From IMG/VR virus record IMGVR_UViG_3300008740_000001, positions 64,001 through 128,000 of that record: 64,000 bases of DNA. One strand, given 5' to 3'. Shown one piece after another: positions 22,001-31,501 of the stretch. The stretch comes from a virus. Taxonomy: Duplodnaviria; Caudoviricetes. Below the pieces are notes generated by a model, which saw nothing but the letters and a program-made list of their open reading frames with translations, was not told where the DNA came from and did no database searches. The position numbers and the translations under genes are program-made. The first letter of the stretch is position 1. Every line of letters starts with the position of its first letter.

Positions 22001-22939
22001 GAAATGAGTGCAGTAGAAAAAGAACAGGTTCAGTTTTCTAAAACTTTAGACTTCTTTGATCTGACGAATCCTAAAAATGGAATCGACGCAGAAATGAAAA
22101 CGGCTGGGGGGAAAAGCTCCACTTCGAAGATTAGAAAAATTCCAAATCAATTAAAAAGCATATTTTTGACAAAAACTGGCCAAGCTAGCCCAAACAAGAA
22201 CTGGTTCCAAATGGAACAAGATCCTATCACTAGTCCAGATACGAGAGCAATATTCGAAATTCTGTATTTTAACTTACAACAAGTGGAAGTTCTGACCGGC
22301 TTTGAAGTTTCTCCTGAAGGAACTTTGTTGTTGAGGAGTCCGCAATGGGAATTGTTACAAGAATCACACTTTTCTAATGTTGGAAAAATATTTTGTAGAA
22401 TGAGCAGATACAGAAATGATTTATTGCATGTTGGCCAAACCGACATGATAGATTTACCGGCATATAACGATTATTTCGTTTTAAACATGTCAGACAGATC
22501 AACAAAATTTATCAGCCCGGTCACTGATCCCGGCCTTTATACATCCGGTGGAGAATATGAATTGCCTGACGGAACTAATTATATAGGCGATTATCATATC
22601 CACAAGGACGGAACTGTTATGACCGGCACTGATCATACAGAAGCCAGTGAGGTACTGGTGCCTATTGGGAGCACGATTTCGACGAAGGCACGCGCATCTC
22701 GTCGCGCCTCCTCTTTACTGCAAGCAGATGAGTCGGGATACCAGCGTACTTTGTTACAGCAAATGGTTTCAACTCATTATGAACAAGTTGCAGTCTCAAG
22801 CGAGTATTGTTCAACAGCTAAGACGATTACAAGCGCCGGCCAGCGAACAACAAAGAAAGCCAGCAAAAGGGCCACCACGTCGGCATCCACCAGATCTACG
22901 AAGGGTTCCAAGAACAAGAGAAGTAGGAGTAAATATTAA
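19022..22939 (+). CDS. Large hypothetical virion protein (1305 aa)
   Basis: Long ORF overlapping both neighbours; C-terminal YTSGGEY..PDG..Y.GDYHIH.DG.VMTG.DH motif and basic tail. Confidence 0.6.
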   Translation: MPRLTPDVNYDSMFEGILPTPKIRTVSLKLSPLPPPVNNPHIDHVRETIIYEGRDGTQQLKSPGFSISKDPRNLLIEVTVVLIDKIEDSGISSWFKDEDLMKYMRLQLIHCEDATFSEKLTSQTLSPLPSMVNKYKENNGLVQNVVISLESSEDLEGFYDKEAGENVVKEASYKFNFAINTTTPKHLTYFANVYLDTDQLINDYSLDLSDNGLISAVSDTTVESVYKDGKQVSSASMYYTKGSNIFTGQVYEAPGGIVVPSTVINDEQIIIDLNTILSSFSSDARSSTANSYKQQLNKVMNDHSAPKMGQINRLLKSWQSRDGRTKAGRIYKLLKKRYEVYEKKINASTRQLTKKQVTNPTIRDDRTIADLADIEITLEAPVEETLALEDIRSANNNMSAETAAANLENALYFSELSLTRPTDSSVRGLFLVDFEKMVSKNSKYSGLLNNTNAEIRSVLRDRVRLEGVRITRERIDDQNTLSQYDLHMVRDTESINQLIANGVIDEKTKEIKGAALESSTNKKKGELIGSVSQVHLDGITNRNIMAFEIRDANMVGKTTGKYKYRVSLLAVDRIGIYLADKLYELVQAKESMKVYYNLANLQCNYDLKNERFTEFFIASLYEKYNLANPDSLMLENIEELNKLLVSESPMDAPWMRPITKYVEVLNLFGDINDDSGASLAKKMYLKVEPSTATPDSILEVIGQLEELETKASDALGLSQTQLASYNSAGSKITANLAANIQIDYLFNSVLDNTTLSNVGARYLEYASEATQGLPVISKNDYVRRLNQENSRYFKNNPTKTANALNDMGTYKLSYLAPSFMQVGGKKLALLERGESLYDPDQFQEMLFSISLLKTNPAARSLTMPVLNKSATSLDQSTKASSEMSSINTQALTLLANFGIAFASPKPSKSSLTITADPLSEVKSILGENTLLAINNAVMNDINTADDLSMITDLTNVEVSVADATSMASALVGTLTNLGMQNYFGINAQGLQVAEMSAVEKEQVQFSKTLDFFDLTNPKNGIDAEMKTAGGKSSTSKIRKIPNQLKSIFLTKTGQASPNKNWFQMEQDPITSPDTRAIFEILYFNLQQVEVLTGFEVSPEGTLLLRSPQWELLQESHFSNVGKIFCRMSRYRNDLLHVGQTDMIDLPAYNDYFVLNMSDRSTKFISPVTDPGLYTSGGEYELPDGTNYIGDYHIHKDGTVMTGTDHTEASEVLVPIGSTISTKARASRRASSLLQADESGYQRTLLQQMVSTHYEQVAVSSEYCSTAKTITSAGQRTTKKASKRATTSASTRSTKGSKNKRSRSKY

Positions 22940-25458
22940 TGTCTCTAGCTAAGAAGAAAACCTATATTCCCGCTTCCCTTATTGGTACGCCTACAGATCC
23001 TTTGCGCAGTGAACTCGGCGCCCACTGGATTCGTTATAAAAAGTCGGAAAAGTTTTCAAAGCATGAGCAGTTGCTATACTTGGCCGACAATACTAATAAT
23101 GCGGATTTAACAATACCGACAAACATCAAGGACTTTACGTTTTCAGAGGAAACGGATGTAGACTCCGCTCGCTGGACTCAAAAAAAGGTTACTATGAGGA
23201 TTTATGGAGACCCGAACACTTTTGAGAGCCAAAAGCATTGGCGCGCCTTCGTACTCGGCACAGTTTATAATGAGGAGGCTTACGCACCAATCATCAACAC
23301 TGGAACAAAGTATACAGACCACGTATTCACATGTGAGGCTCCTTTTACAGAAAAAGAAGCTAGCCTTTTAGGCGGCTCGTCTTTGGTGAAAACATACGAT
23401 GTGGACTTGGAATACAACTTCTATCAAAGAGAATATGAAAGACTCTCCATACGTAAAGTACCAGAGAGGCTGCTACCTAACTTGTATGTACTATATTCGT
23501 TTAAAGAAGAGGAGGAAAACGACGCTGTTGTAACGAACAAGATGTTCCGCAAGCACGTTTCCTTGGGGGGCGCCCTCAACGACAACACGGTAAATCAGTT
23601 CACAGACATAGGTTCAGAAAATCCAGATGTATCCAATAGTGACGAATACCTTAAATCGTTTTCTTATGCTATTTTAGATCGCACTGTATCAAAAGAAGGG
23701 CTGTCGAGCGTGATTGAGGCATACCAGAATGTTATGTTACCTGCATCTAACCTGAGTATACTTGGCTATAATGTAAAAAGGGAAATGTTCCCCATGTACA
23801 GCGACATTACTTTTGCTACTGACAAGACGACACAGTTCACACAAATATTGCTAGACTGCAATGCTAGTTGCACTTTTATGAAAGACATATACGATTCGAC
23901 AAAGGGCTCTGATTTGACCTTTGTTGATCAGAACTTTACAACACATGTTGAAGTTCCTGTACAGAAGGAAAACGAATTAGGTACAACCACATACGATAGT
24001 GTCAGCATGCTTGGCACTTCTGCTGCTAGAATTTGGAACATGAACGATTGGTATGAGCATTTTCAGACAATAGAACCAACTCCGATGGTAAACGGCATTT
24101 ATCTGGGCCACCAAAATAGAGAAACCCAGCTTGTCACTGAAGCAAATTATGGCTTTTATAAAAAGCTAATGGAAACAATTTTCTCTGGCAAGCTGAGAAC
24201 CCTTATAAAAAGCCAGCAGCGCCGCTTTGCTGATGTTATAGATGGAGACAGTTCATATTCGGAAGAGGTTTTTTACAAAATTGAAAAGTATGCCGGAAAT
24301 GCCACGGGTACCCCCATGCAAACTTTTTGGATTCCAAATACCAACGAGGTCGATATTGTTAACTTTATCGACACACAGGTTAAATATAACAAGAAGTACA
24401 CATATGTAGCCACTGTACACAAGCTAGTTATTGGAGCTTCCTATCGATATAGTAATGTGGCAGTCACAAAGAGAGTAACAGAAGATTGCGTCGAGTTTAT
24501 TGACGCGACTACTGGAGACACAGTATCACCCAGAGTTGAGGGCGATGTCACCGTGAACAACATTACGGGAACTCGTACTGCTATTGCAATAAACAAGGAC
24601 GACAGATTTATGGCAGAGGTAGATGTCACTATGACACCGGAAATCTTTTTGGTCGAGGTACCATTCTTTACTTATTCTGCTAGACTTATTGACGATCCGC
24701 CCATGCCTCCTGAAATCGACATATTGCCCTATAGAACCGACAGTAGATTCTTGAAATTTTTTATGCAAGGCTCTACGGGAGAACTGGAAGTAATGCCAAT
24801 TATATTAACTGACAAAGACAGAGTGATGGTCCAAAAAATACGGTCGGCTAAAAATCTAAGTAAAACAGAACCCATTGTTTACAAAGCGGACGATTATCCT
24901 TCATACTTTGAAATTTATCGATTAGATGAGCCGCCGCGAAGTTATAAGAGTTTCCGAAACAACCGTCGCGCCGTCGTAAAGACAGATATCTCGGATCAGA
25001 CAGCGCAGAAAGCCTCATCGGCCGCATATGTAGAGCAAATTCTGCCAAATATAAAATATTATTATATGTTCCGTTCAATAGATCTTCATGGCAAAACAGG
25101 TTACCCTTCTCCAGTATATGAAATCGAAATGGTAGAAGACAAGGGAGCCTTTTACCCCATAGTCAAGGTACACACAATTAATCCGCGTCTAGATCTTACA
25201 ACAATAAAATCTGGACGAAGATTCGTTCAAATCATACCAAATATTGGGCACACACTAATTAATGAAGTAGACTCGGCTTTTGAAGACTATTCATCAGCGA
25301 AAGATATCCCGGGCGACGTGGCTTATGGGTTCAAGGAAGACCCAATCTGGGGCAAGAAATTTAAGGTAAGAATCACATCGAAAAAGACAGGCAGAAAAAT
25401 GGACTTTAACCTTCAGTTTAAAACCAAAAGAGTTAAAACAGATTTTGAAGCAAGTTGA
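22939..25458 (+). CDS. Hypothetical virion protein with FnIII-like segments (839 aa)
   Basis: TAATG coupling; FIDTQVKYNKKYTYV and ILPNIKYYYMFRSIDLHGKTGYPS resemble FnIII-type strands. Confidence 0.5.
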   Translation: MSLAKKKTYIPASLIGTPTDPLRSELGAHWIRYKKSEKFSKHEQLLYLADNTNNADLTIPTNIKDFTFSEETDVDSARWTQKKVTMRIYGDPNTFESQKHWRAFVLGTVYNEEAYAPIINTGTKYTDHVFTCEAPFTEKEASLLGGSSLVKTYDVDLEYNFYQREYERLSIRKVPERLLPNLYVLYSFKEEEENDAVVTNKMFRKHVSLGGALNDNTVNQFTDIGSENPDVSNSDEYLKSFSYAILDRTVSKEGLSSVIEAYQNVMLPASNLSILGYNVKREMFPMYSDITFATDKTTQFTQILLDCNASCTFMKDIYDSTKGSDLTFVDQNFTTHVEVPVQKENELGTTTYDSVSMLGTSAARIWNMNDWYEHFQTIEPTPMVNGIYLGHQNRETQLVTEANYGFYKKLMETIFSGKLRTLIKSQQRRFADVIDGDSSYSEEVFYKIEKYAGNATGTPMQTFWIPNTNEVDIVNFIDTQVKYNKKYTYVATVHKLVIGASYRYSNVAVTKRVTEDCVEFIDATTGDTVSPRVEGDVTVNNITGTRTAIAINKDDRFMAEVDVTMTPEIFLVEVPFFTYSARLIDDPPMPPEIDILPYRTDSRFLKFFMQGSTGELEVMPIILTDKDRVMVQKIRSAKNLSKTEPIVYKADDYPSYFEIYRLDEPPRSYKSFRNNRRAVVKTDISDQTAQKASSAAYVEQILPNIKYYYMFRSIDLHGKTGYPSPVYEIEMVEDKGAFYPIVKVHTINPRLDLTTIKSGRRFVQIIPNIGHTLINEVDSAFEDYSSAKDIPGDVAYGFKEDPIWGKKFKVRITSKKTGRKMDFNLQFKTKRVKTDFEAS

Positions 25459-25469
25459 TAAGTTGAGTA

Positions 25470-25492
25470 CTATTTATAATTGTTACTATTTA
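25470..25492 (+). promoter_or_regulatory. Tandem CTATTTA motifs
   Basis: TACTATTTATA twice, 16 nt apart (25470, 25486), in intergenic gap. Confidence 0.6.
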
Positions 25493-25515
25493 TAAAAGGA
25501 GAAGAGGATTAACAC

Positions 25516-26430
25516 ATGGCATTTTTAGATAATTCGGGAGATATCATTCTCGATGCAGTTTTGACTGATACGGGACGTTTCCGTTTGGCAAAGGGGGACG
25601 GAAGTTTTAAAATTACAAAGTTTGCTCTAGGTGATGATGAAATAGACTACGCCTTGTACAACAAAACCCATGCCAGCGGCAGCGCTTATTACGATTTGGA
25701 ACTGTTACAAACTCCTGTTCTCGAAGCCTTCACCAACAACACCTCACTGCTTAAGTCAAGACTTGTTTCTATTCCAAGAACAAACTTGCTGTATTTGCCG
25801 GTAACAAAGATTAACGAGATTTATTCCACCAACAATGCACGTCACACCAGCGGCGCATTTTTGGTTGCAGTTAATAAAGATACCGAGGAGGCTCTCGGTG
25901 TCGATTCTTCGGGCAATGCAGTTAGCGGAATCATGTATGGTGAAAATGTGGGAGCCGGTACAACAATTAGGATTGATCAGGGACTGGATACAACAGAAAT
26001 CTCCCCAGCTTTTACAATTGATGCTGACCTTGTTGAGACGCAGTATATCGTTGAGATTGATAATCGATTCGGATCCATGGTCAACCCAACGAATGGTTCT
26101 ATTGCCTCGCCTTCTTTTATTGACGATGACAACATTGCAACCTACTTCTTCTCTCTGGGCACAGACATTGGCATTGTCTCAGAGAATACCGAAAGAGATG
26201 CAGCCGCCTCTACACAGACAATTCAAGGCCCTCGCGGCACTTATTTAGAAATGCAAATGCAAGCTTCGCTGGATTTGAACACGGGTACTTTCTTGTTTAC
26301 CGAATTGGGTTCTACCACGACTGTCAATAGCGTGTCGGTTTACTATATTGACACAACTCTTCGAATTACGGGCGCCACCACAGGTTATAGGCTTGATGTC
26401 CCGGTTCGATTCGTAAGAAAACAATCATAG
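25516..26430 (+). CDS. Baseplate/tail structural protein (304 aa)
   Basis: SD AGGAG/GAGG; tandem CTATTTA motifs upstream; LT..G...LA.G N-terminal motif. Confidence 0.6.
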   Translation: MAFLDNSGDIILDAVLTDTGRFRLAKGDGSFKITKFALGDDEIDYALYNKTHASGSAYYDLELLQTPVLEAFTNNTSLLKSRLVSIPRTNLLYLPVTKINEIYSTNNARHTSGAFLVAVNKDTEEALGVDSSGNAVSGIMYGENVGAGTTIRIDQGLDTTEISPAFTIDADLVETQYIVEIDNRFGSMVNPTNGSIASPSFIDDDNIATYFFSLGTDIGIVSENTERDAAASTQTIQGPRGTYLEMQMQASLDLNTGTFLFTELGSTTTVNSVSVYYIDTTLRITGATTGYRLDVPVRFVRKQS

Positions 26431-26447
26431 GGATATAGGATAAAAAT

Positions 26448-27665
26448 ATGGCAACCACATTTAAAACATTTTCTAGCAATGACGTAATTTCAACAAAGAC
26501 CTTGCTGCACGAAGCGGTACCCGTCACGGGCGCAATCTGTTCCGGAACATATGCAGATGGCAATATTAAGAACTATTCACATGGAATGTTCGAATCAGTT
26601 TACGACTACCCGTATCTAAGTTCTTCGGCAAACCATATTTTTGATATTACCATAGGGTATTCTCCCAAGTCTATTCTGTATGCAACTGGTTCGACCAAAG
26701 TCATGCAAACAAAGAAAAACAGCATCTACAATCAAATGGCGCAGGTGCTCATGGGATTCGACCATACTGGCTCGGTCCAGTTATTCGACGAAGACGGAGA
26801 CCTCCTCGCCGGCGGAAATAAACTTAAAGAATGTTTCTTCCTCAACTTCTCTAGATTGCTGGTTAAGGACGAGATCAAAAAAGGCTCGTTTGCAGTAGAA
26901 TTCGGAGTTGGCTCTAATGCCCCACACTACAATACTGACGATGGAACAAACAATACTTTCCAGAAATTAGTAAAGTTGGCGGACACAAACGCCCAGAATG
27001 ATTTTAGAGTTAACTCTCCGGCCGGCGAATACGGCGTGCTGTATGCATCTGTGTCAAAGGGTTCGAATGTGCTGTTTGGCGATCCCGCAGACGGCGCCAC
27101 CACCGTCCGCGCCGGTTTGATTTATTATCAAGCAGGCATTGCAGTTATCACATCTTCTTTGTTCCACAGGGCAACATCGGATGATACGGGGAATCCCACG
27201 TTAGACTCTTCCAGAACCGGTACGGGATTGCTACACAGAAGCCTAGGCGCCCCACTCACAGCCTCTATTTATGCTCATAAGGGGTATAACACGACTGATT
27301 CACACGGCGGTACACCCGGCGAAACTTTCCAGATGCTATTTACGGGCTCCAACATTACGGCCTCTTGTGACGGCTTACGCGCCCGAATCTTTAATATATC
27401 GTTCAACAATACGACAGAACTTAATTCTACGGTATATTTCTGCAGAGCGAACCACAATGAATTCAATTATAGTTCAAATCCGACCTATTTGAGTTCTTCG
27501 AAGATCCGCGTGAAGCAGCAGAGCACAGACACTCCGGTATCTTATATTACAACGGTTGGATTATATTCGGCCGATAATGAGCTTATGGCATGTGCAAAGC
27601 TGAGCGAACCATTACGTAAAGACCCCACTAACGAGATGACACTGCGAGTCCGCTTGGACTACTAG
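26448..27665 (+). CDS. Tail collar/baseplate protein with C-terminal (I/V)GLY...(N/G)EL.A.AKL module
   Basis: 405 aa; C-terminal YITTVGLYSADNELMACAKLSEPLRKD...RVRLDY, shared with 28379 ORF. Confidence 0.6.
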   Translation: MATTFKTFSSNDVISTKTLLHEAVPVTGAICSGTYADGNIKNYSHGMFESVYDYPYLSSSANHIFDITIGYSPKSILYATGSTKVMQTKKNSIYNQMAQVLMGFDHTGSVQLFDEDGDLLAGGNKLKECFFLNFSRLLVKDEIKKGSFAVEFGVGSNAPHYNTDDGTNNTFQKLVKLADTNAQNDFRVNSPAGEYGVLYASVSKGSNVLFGDPADGATTVRAGLIYYQAGIAVITSSLFHRATSDDTGNPTLDSSRTGTGLLHRSLGAPLTASIYAHKGYNTTDSHGGTPGETFQMLFTGSNITASCDGLRARIFNISFNNTTELNSTVYFCRANHNEFNYSSNPTYLSSSKIRVKQQSTDTPVSYITTVGLYSADNELMACAKLSEPLRKDPTNEMTLRVRLDY

Positions 27666-27666
27666 T

Positions 27667-28356
27667 GTGTCTGATAGTCGCGAGAAACGCCGTCTCAGCG
27701 CAAAATATAAGAAGCTCTTAAACCAGCTTCGATACATATACTCCGATTTGGAATACCACAAAGAAGAGCATGGCTACCGAAAACAAGATTTCCAAGAAGC
27801 ATTCAATGCGTTCTGCAAAGAGCGAGGATATGACTGTTCCCAGAGATCCTCGATAGAGAAGTTCCAAGAAAAACAAGTAGATGTTTACAAAGCCGAAGTG
27901 ACTGACAAAGAAAAAGAGAAAATAAAAGAAGAAACCGATGCAGAGATCCAAGAGGAAGAAAGTCCGGACGATCCTGAGCGCGAAATAAAAGCTTTATATA
28001 GAAAGATAGCAGTCCAGACCCACCCGGATAAAATATCAGATGCAGAGGCTCTCTCAATAAAAGAAAAGAAAAAGAGACTTTTTATAGAAGCGAAAGAGGC
28101 AATGGATAGTAGAAATTTTTTTCGATTATCACAAATTGCAGAAGAGTTAGGCGTAGAACTTCCGCCGCCCTCAAAGCAGCAATTAGTGTGGCTGCGAGAG
28201 GAAAAGAAGAGGATTGAGAAAATTATTGCTGGGATTTGTTCTACATACGAATGGGCTGCCATGGCAGAAGAAGGCATTGGACGCCCCAAGGAACAGTTGT
28301 TCGAAGAATACGCCACCATCTTGGGGTGCGCCCGAAACGTTTCTGCGAGAATCTAA
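27667..28356 (+). CDS. J-domain (DnaJ-like) protein
   Basis: 229 aa, GTG start; IKALYRKIAVQTHPDK...KKRLFIEAKEA = helix II-HPD-helix III of a J-domain. Confidence 0.75.
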   Translation: MSDSREKRRLSAKYKKLLNQLRYIYSDLEYHKEEHGYRKQDFQEAFNAFCKERGYDCSQRSSIEKFQEKQVDVYKAEVTDKEKEKIKEETDAEIQEEESPDDPEREIKALYRKIAVQTHPDKISDAEALSIKEKKKRLFIEAKEAMDSRNFFRLSQIAEELGVELPPPSKQQLVWLREEKKRIEKIIAGICSTYEWAAMAEEGIGRPKEQLFEEYATILGCARNVSARI

Positions 28357-28378
28357 ATAGTGGGCTAATTAATATACG

Positions 28379-29641
28379 ATGTCTGTTTATAAATTCGAGC
28401 GCGGCGACATATTTCACAATCAGATAAAGACTTATCCTAAGTTTAGCTTTTTTGTATATAACAACAAAATATACATAAACAACAAGACTAATATAAGTGG
28501 TTCGTTTACTGACAGCACGCCCGGCGCAGACGGCGACGGGGGTCGCACTGTAGAAACTGGCCACGTTAGCCTTTACGAAATGAACGTAGATAGAGCGAAG
28601 TCCAACACGGGCCGCACCATATTCTATGACGACGTAAGAGATACCGGGATCATATATCCTTTTATCACCAAAGACGGCACCTTAAGTGCATTTAAGACAG
28701 TTTCTGCCGGCAGCTTTGCGACTTTTGGGTATGGCACCGTCATGTCATCAAGCTATCCGATGACATCTAGCCTCACCAGAGATTTTTATCAGCAAGGAAC
28801 TTCACGCAAGCACATCACTGCACTTAAGAATACACTGAATTATTACACGCCCTTGAGTGATCACTATGCGTTCACCTCTTCTCTAGGAGACAAGAGCACT
28901 CAGGATCTCTGCATGATTAGTATCCCTTCGATTTTATATGGCTCATCGATAAAGAAAGGTTCGGTATCGCTAAAATTTTATTTGTCGGGCGCCCTCTTAG
29001 CAGAACTACAAGATCGTGATCGCAATGGAGAACTAATACAGGTTTCTGGTACAACTTACGCACAAGCACAGGGTTCTGGCTCTGTGGCGGGCGTCATACT
29101 GTATAATGAGGGGTTTATTCTTCTTACGGGCAGTTGGCCTCTTGAAGATCCGACTACTGAAAAACGTGACTTTTTAAATGACCCCACAGATCATCGCTCT
29201 AGCGCTTGGAAGTACTGGGGCACTTCAATGCCAAGTGATGGTTATTCGGTTCCTGAATCTGGCCAGACATTAGGCTGGGTTTCCTATGGCTTAGATTATC
29301 GAGGAACCAACTACGTTCCTGTGCTTACTATGTTGGCTCACGCTCCAAAGGGAGAATTGAATTATTCTAATAATCCAACATTTATTAAACACGGCCAGCG
29401 ACGAAAAATGACGCCTATAACTGGTTCGCGAGTTTATAGAGAAGTAGACACAATATCTGCCAAAAATACAATGAGTTCTAGCTATGCAGATCCGACCGGA
29501 AGTTACCAAAAACAGACTTTTATAACAAAGATTGGTTTATACGACGCAAACAATAATTTAATCGCGGTCGCAAATTTAGCAAATCCAGTGAAAAAGTTAG
29601 AAGAATTAGATTATACTTTTAAACTGAAGTTAGATTTTTAG
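28379..29641 (+). CDS. Tail collar/baseplate protein, paralog of 26448 ORF
   Basis: 420 aa; C-terminal FITKIGLYDANNNLIAVANLANPVKK...KLKLDF; shared SSIKKGS / DEIKKGS motif. Confidence 0.6.
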   Translation: MSVYKFERGDIFHNQIKTYPKFSFFVYNNKIYINNKTNISGSFTDSTPGADGDGGRTVETGHVSLYEMNVDRAKSNTGRTIFYDDVRDTGIIYPFITKDGTLSAFKTVSAGSFATFGYGTVMSSSYPMTSSLTRDFYQQGTSRKHITALKNTLNYYTPLSDHYAFTSSLGDKSTQDLCMISIPSILYGSSIKKGSVSLKFYLSGALLAELQDRDRNGELIQVSGTTYAQAQGSGSVAGVILYNEGFILLTGSWPLEDPTTEKRDFLNDPTDHRSSAWKYWGTSMPSDGYSVPESGQTLGWVSYGLDYRGTNYVPVLTMLAHAPKGELNYSNNPTFIKHGQRRKMTPITGSRVYREVDTISAKNTMSSSYADPTGSYQKQTFITKIGLYDANNNLIAVANLANPVKKLEELDYTFKLKLDF

Positions 29642-29649
29642 GAGAAAGA

Positions 29650-30063
29650 ATGTCTATAAAAATGCACAAACATGTAAAAACCGCTTGGGTGACCAAATGG
29701 TCACAGGTCTCAAAGCCTTGGGGTCACGAAATGATATGGTCTAGTTTTTCGGCCGGCCATGGAAAGATGCTCTCGCTTTTAAAGGACAACAGGACCAGTC
29801 TAAAGTACAATCCACAGAAGAATGAATCTTTGATTGTACTTACCGGCAAGGTGTTGGCGAAGTTCGGAGATGAGCACACTTTACAGGATCTGGTAGCTCA
29901 CCCTTGGCAAGAGATTATATTAGAACCCGGAATGACCCTCAACGTCCAGTCGGGTTGTCCTTACCGTCTCACCGCGATAGAAGATTCTACCATAATTGAG
30001 ATCGGTAGTCACTTGACAGATGTCCCAATTCGCATCGAAGATGACTATGGGCGCGCCGAATGA
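29650..30063 (+). CDS. Cupin (mannose-6-phosphate isomerase C-terminal-like), metal ligands degenerate
   Basis: 137 aa; KPWGHE.IW, GK.L, SL.Y..K.E, IEDDYGR motifs; SD AGGAG. Confidence 0.7.
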   Translation: MSIKMHKHVKTAWVTKWSQVSKPWGHEMIWSSFSAGHGKMLSLLKDNRTSLKYNPQKNESLIVLTGKVLAKFGDEHTLQDLVAHPWQEIILEPGMTLNVQSGCPYRLTAIEDSTIIEIGSHLTDVPIRIEDDYGRAE

Positions 30064-30620
30064 TAGTCGGATTAGATATCTCTACAAGCATTTCGGGCGT
30101 AACTGTACTTGACGAAGAAGGAACAATGATTCATAATGAAGCATGGGACACCAGAAAGTACAAAAACATATTTGAAAAAACCACCTATGTCAAAGAGAAG
30201 ATTCTCGACCTTTATGATGAATACGGGCCTGACATTTTTGATTCTCGCCGCGATGGTGTTCAGCATATATTTATCGAGCAAAACTTACAATCTTTCCGAA
30301 GCGGATTCTCATCAGCAAAAACTTTATCTACTTTATCTAAATTCAACGGGATTGTGTCGTGGCTGTGTTATGACACCTTTGAGATAGAGCCGGAATATAT
30401 TGCAGCCACAACAGCTAGGAAGCTCAACGGCATCAGAATTCCTAGAGGGACTAAGGCAAAAAAGGTTGTGATGCAGCACGTTATCGATAAGAATCTCATA
30501 GAAGTAGAGTTTACTCCAGCCGGCAATCCTCGACCGGAATATTATGATAGGGCAGATTCATTGATTATTGCAAAAGCGGGATACTATTTATTGCAAAAGG
30601 AAGCGGAAAATGAGACGTGA
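30060..30620 (+). CDS. RuvC-like Holliday junction resolvase
   Basis: MIVGLDISTSISG, IFIEQ, L..FNGIV, DRADSL: acidic catalytic residues of the RNase H/RuvC fold. Confidence 0.75.
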   Translation: MIVGLDISTSISGVTVLDEEGTMIHNEAWDTRKYKNIFEKTTYVKEKILDLYDEYGPDIFDSRRDGVQHIFIEQNLQSFRSGFSSAKTLSTLSKFNGIVSWLCYDTFEIEPEYIAATTARKLNGIRIPRGTKAKKVVMQHVIDKNLIEVEFTPAGNPRPEYYDRADSLIIAKAGYYLLQKEAENET

Positions 30621-31488
30621 TCTATTTTATGAAAATTGGCGTAACTTCTTACTGAAAGAAGAGACAACTTTACAGAACTTACCAGACGAAGTTTTGTATT
30701 TGATCTTTTCTAAAGAAATTACGGCTATGCTACACGATAGAACGTTGAACGAAGTCGAGTCTTTAGAAACAAAGGCCAAGCGGATAGCTAAGAAATATGG
30801 TCTTCCGATAGCGCTGGCAATGGGATTACTTACTGGCACTGTGGGGCATGAAGTTGTCAAGGCTTTTCAAGATGCATCGGCAGACACCTCAGCAGAGATT
30901 GTAGACGACACACCCAGCGGCTATTGGAACAACTACGATCTGCCGCCCGGATATGACGACTTGTCAAACAAGGAGGCCATGGATACGGCTTGGAAGCAAT
31001 ATGAGGGCAGAAGCTGGCAACAGGCGCCAGTTGACGGCTCGTATCCGCTCATCCGCAATGGTCAGGTTATGAATGTACCCTTTGCCTATTTGCCAGCTTC
31101 TGAAATCAGTGATGATGATGTGTTGCCAATGGCACTCATCACCGCCGGCCAATATAGGGAAGCACTAGTTAACCAGCTTGAATCCGGCAACCCAAAAGAG
31201 GTTGTGTACCTAAAGAAAATGCTTTATGGAAACACGGGGAAGTGGGCATCGGGTGAAGGGAACGCAGATTTTAGATTTCACAATGATACAAACCCTCAAC
31301 TTCCGCCAGAGTGGTCAATTGCGCATGATGTTTATGCGTCTGCTGTTGAGGACCGTGCGAATAACTTGATAGAATATATAAATGAAAATCCAGAGCAACG
31401 CCCCGAAATTGCCGAAATGTTAGGCCTTCAAGGTGAAGAACAACTAGAAGATTATTTTAATCACTTATTTTACGGAATTCAAAGATAA
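30610..31488 (+). CDS. Hypothetical protein, possibly head-internal, with one hydrophobic segment
   Basis: ATG at 30610 after AAGGAAGCGG preferred over 30568; N-terminus MRRDLFYENWRNFLLKEE; YGLPIALAMGLLTGTVG hydrophobic stretch. Confidence 0.6.
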   Translation: MRRDLFYENWRNFLLKEETTLQNLPDEVLYLIFSKEITAMLHDRTLNEVESLETKAKRIAKKYGLPIALAMGLLTGTVGHEVVKAFQDASADTSAEIVDDTPSGYWNNYDLPPGYDDLSNKEAMDTAWKQYEGRSWQQAPVDGSYPLIRNGQVMNVPFAYLPASEISDDDVLPMALITAGQYREALVNQLESGNPKEVVYLKKMLYGNTGKWASGEGNADFRFHNDTNPQLPPEWSIAHDVYASAVEDRANNLIEYINENPEQRPEIAEMLGLQGEEQLEDYFNHLFYGIQR

Positions 31489-31501
31489 TTATAAAAAAAG
31501 C

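Noticed and set aside
30568-30609. ORF-track extended starts at 30568, 35770, 36361 and 60446
   Set aside because: Downstream ATGs (30610, 35821, 36385, 60512) have SDs and give normal short overlaps.
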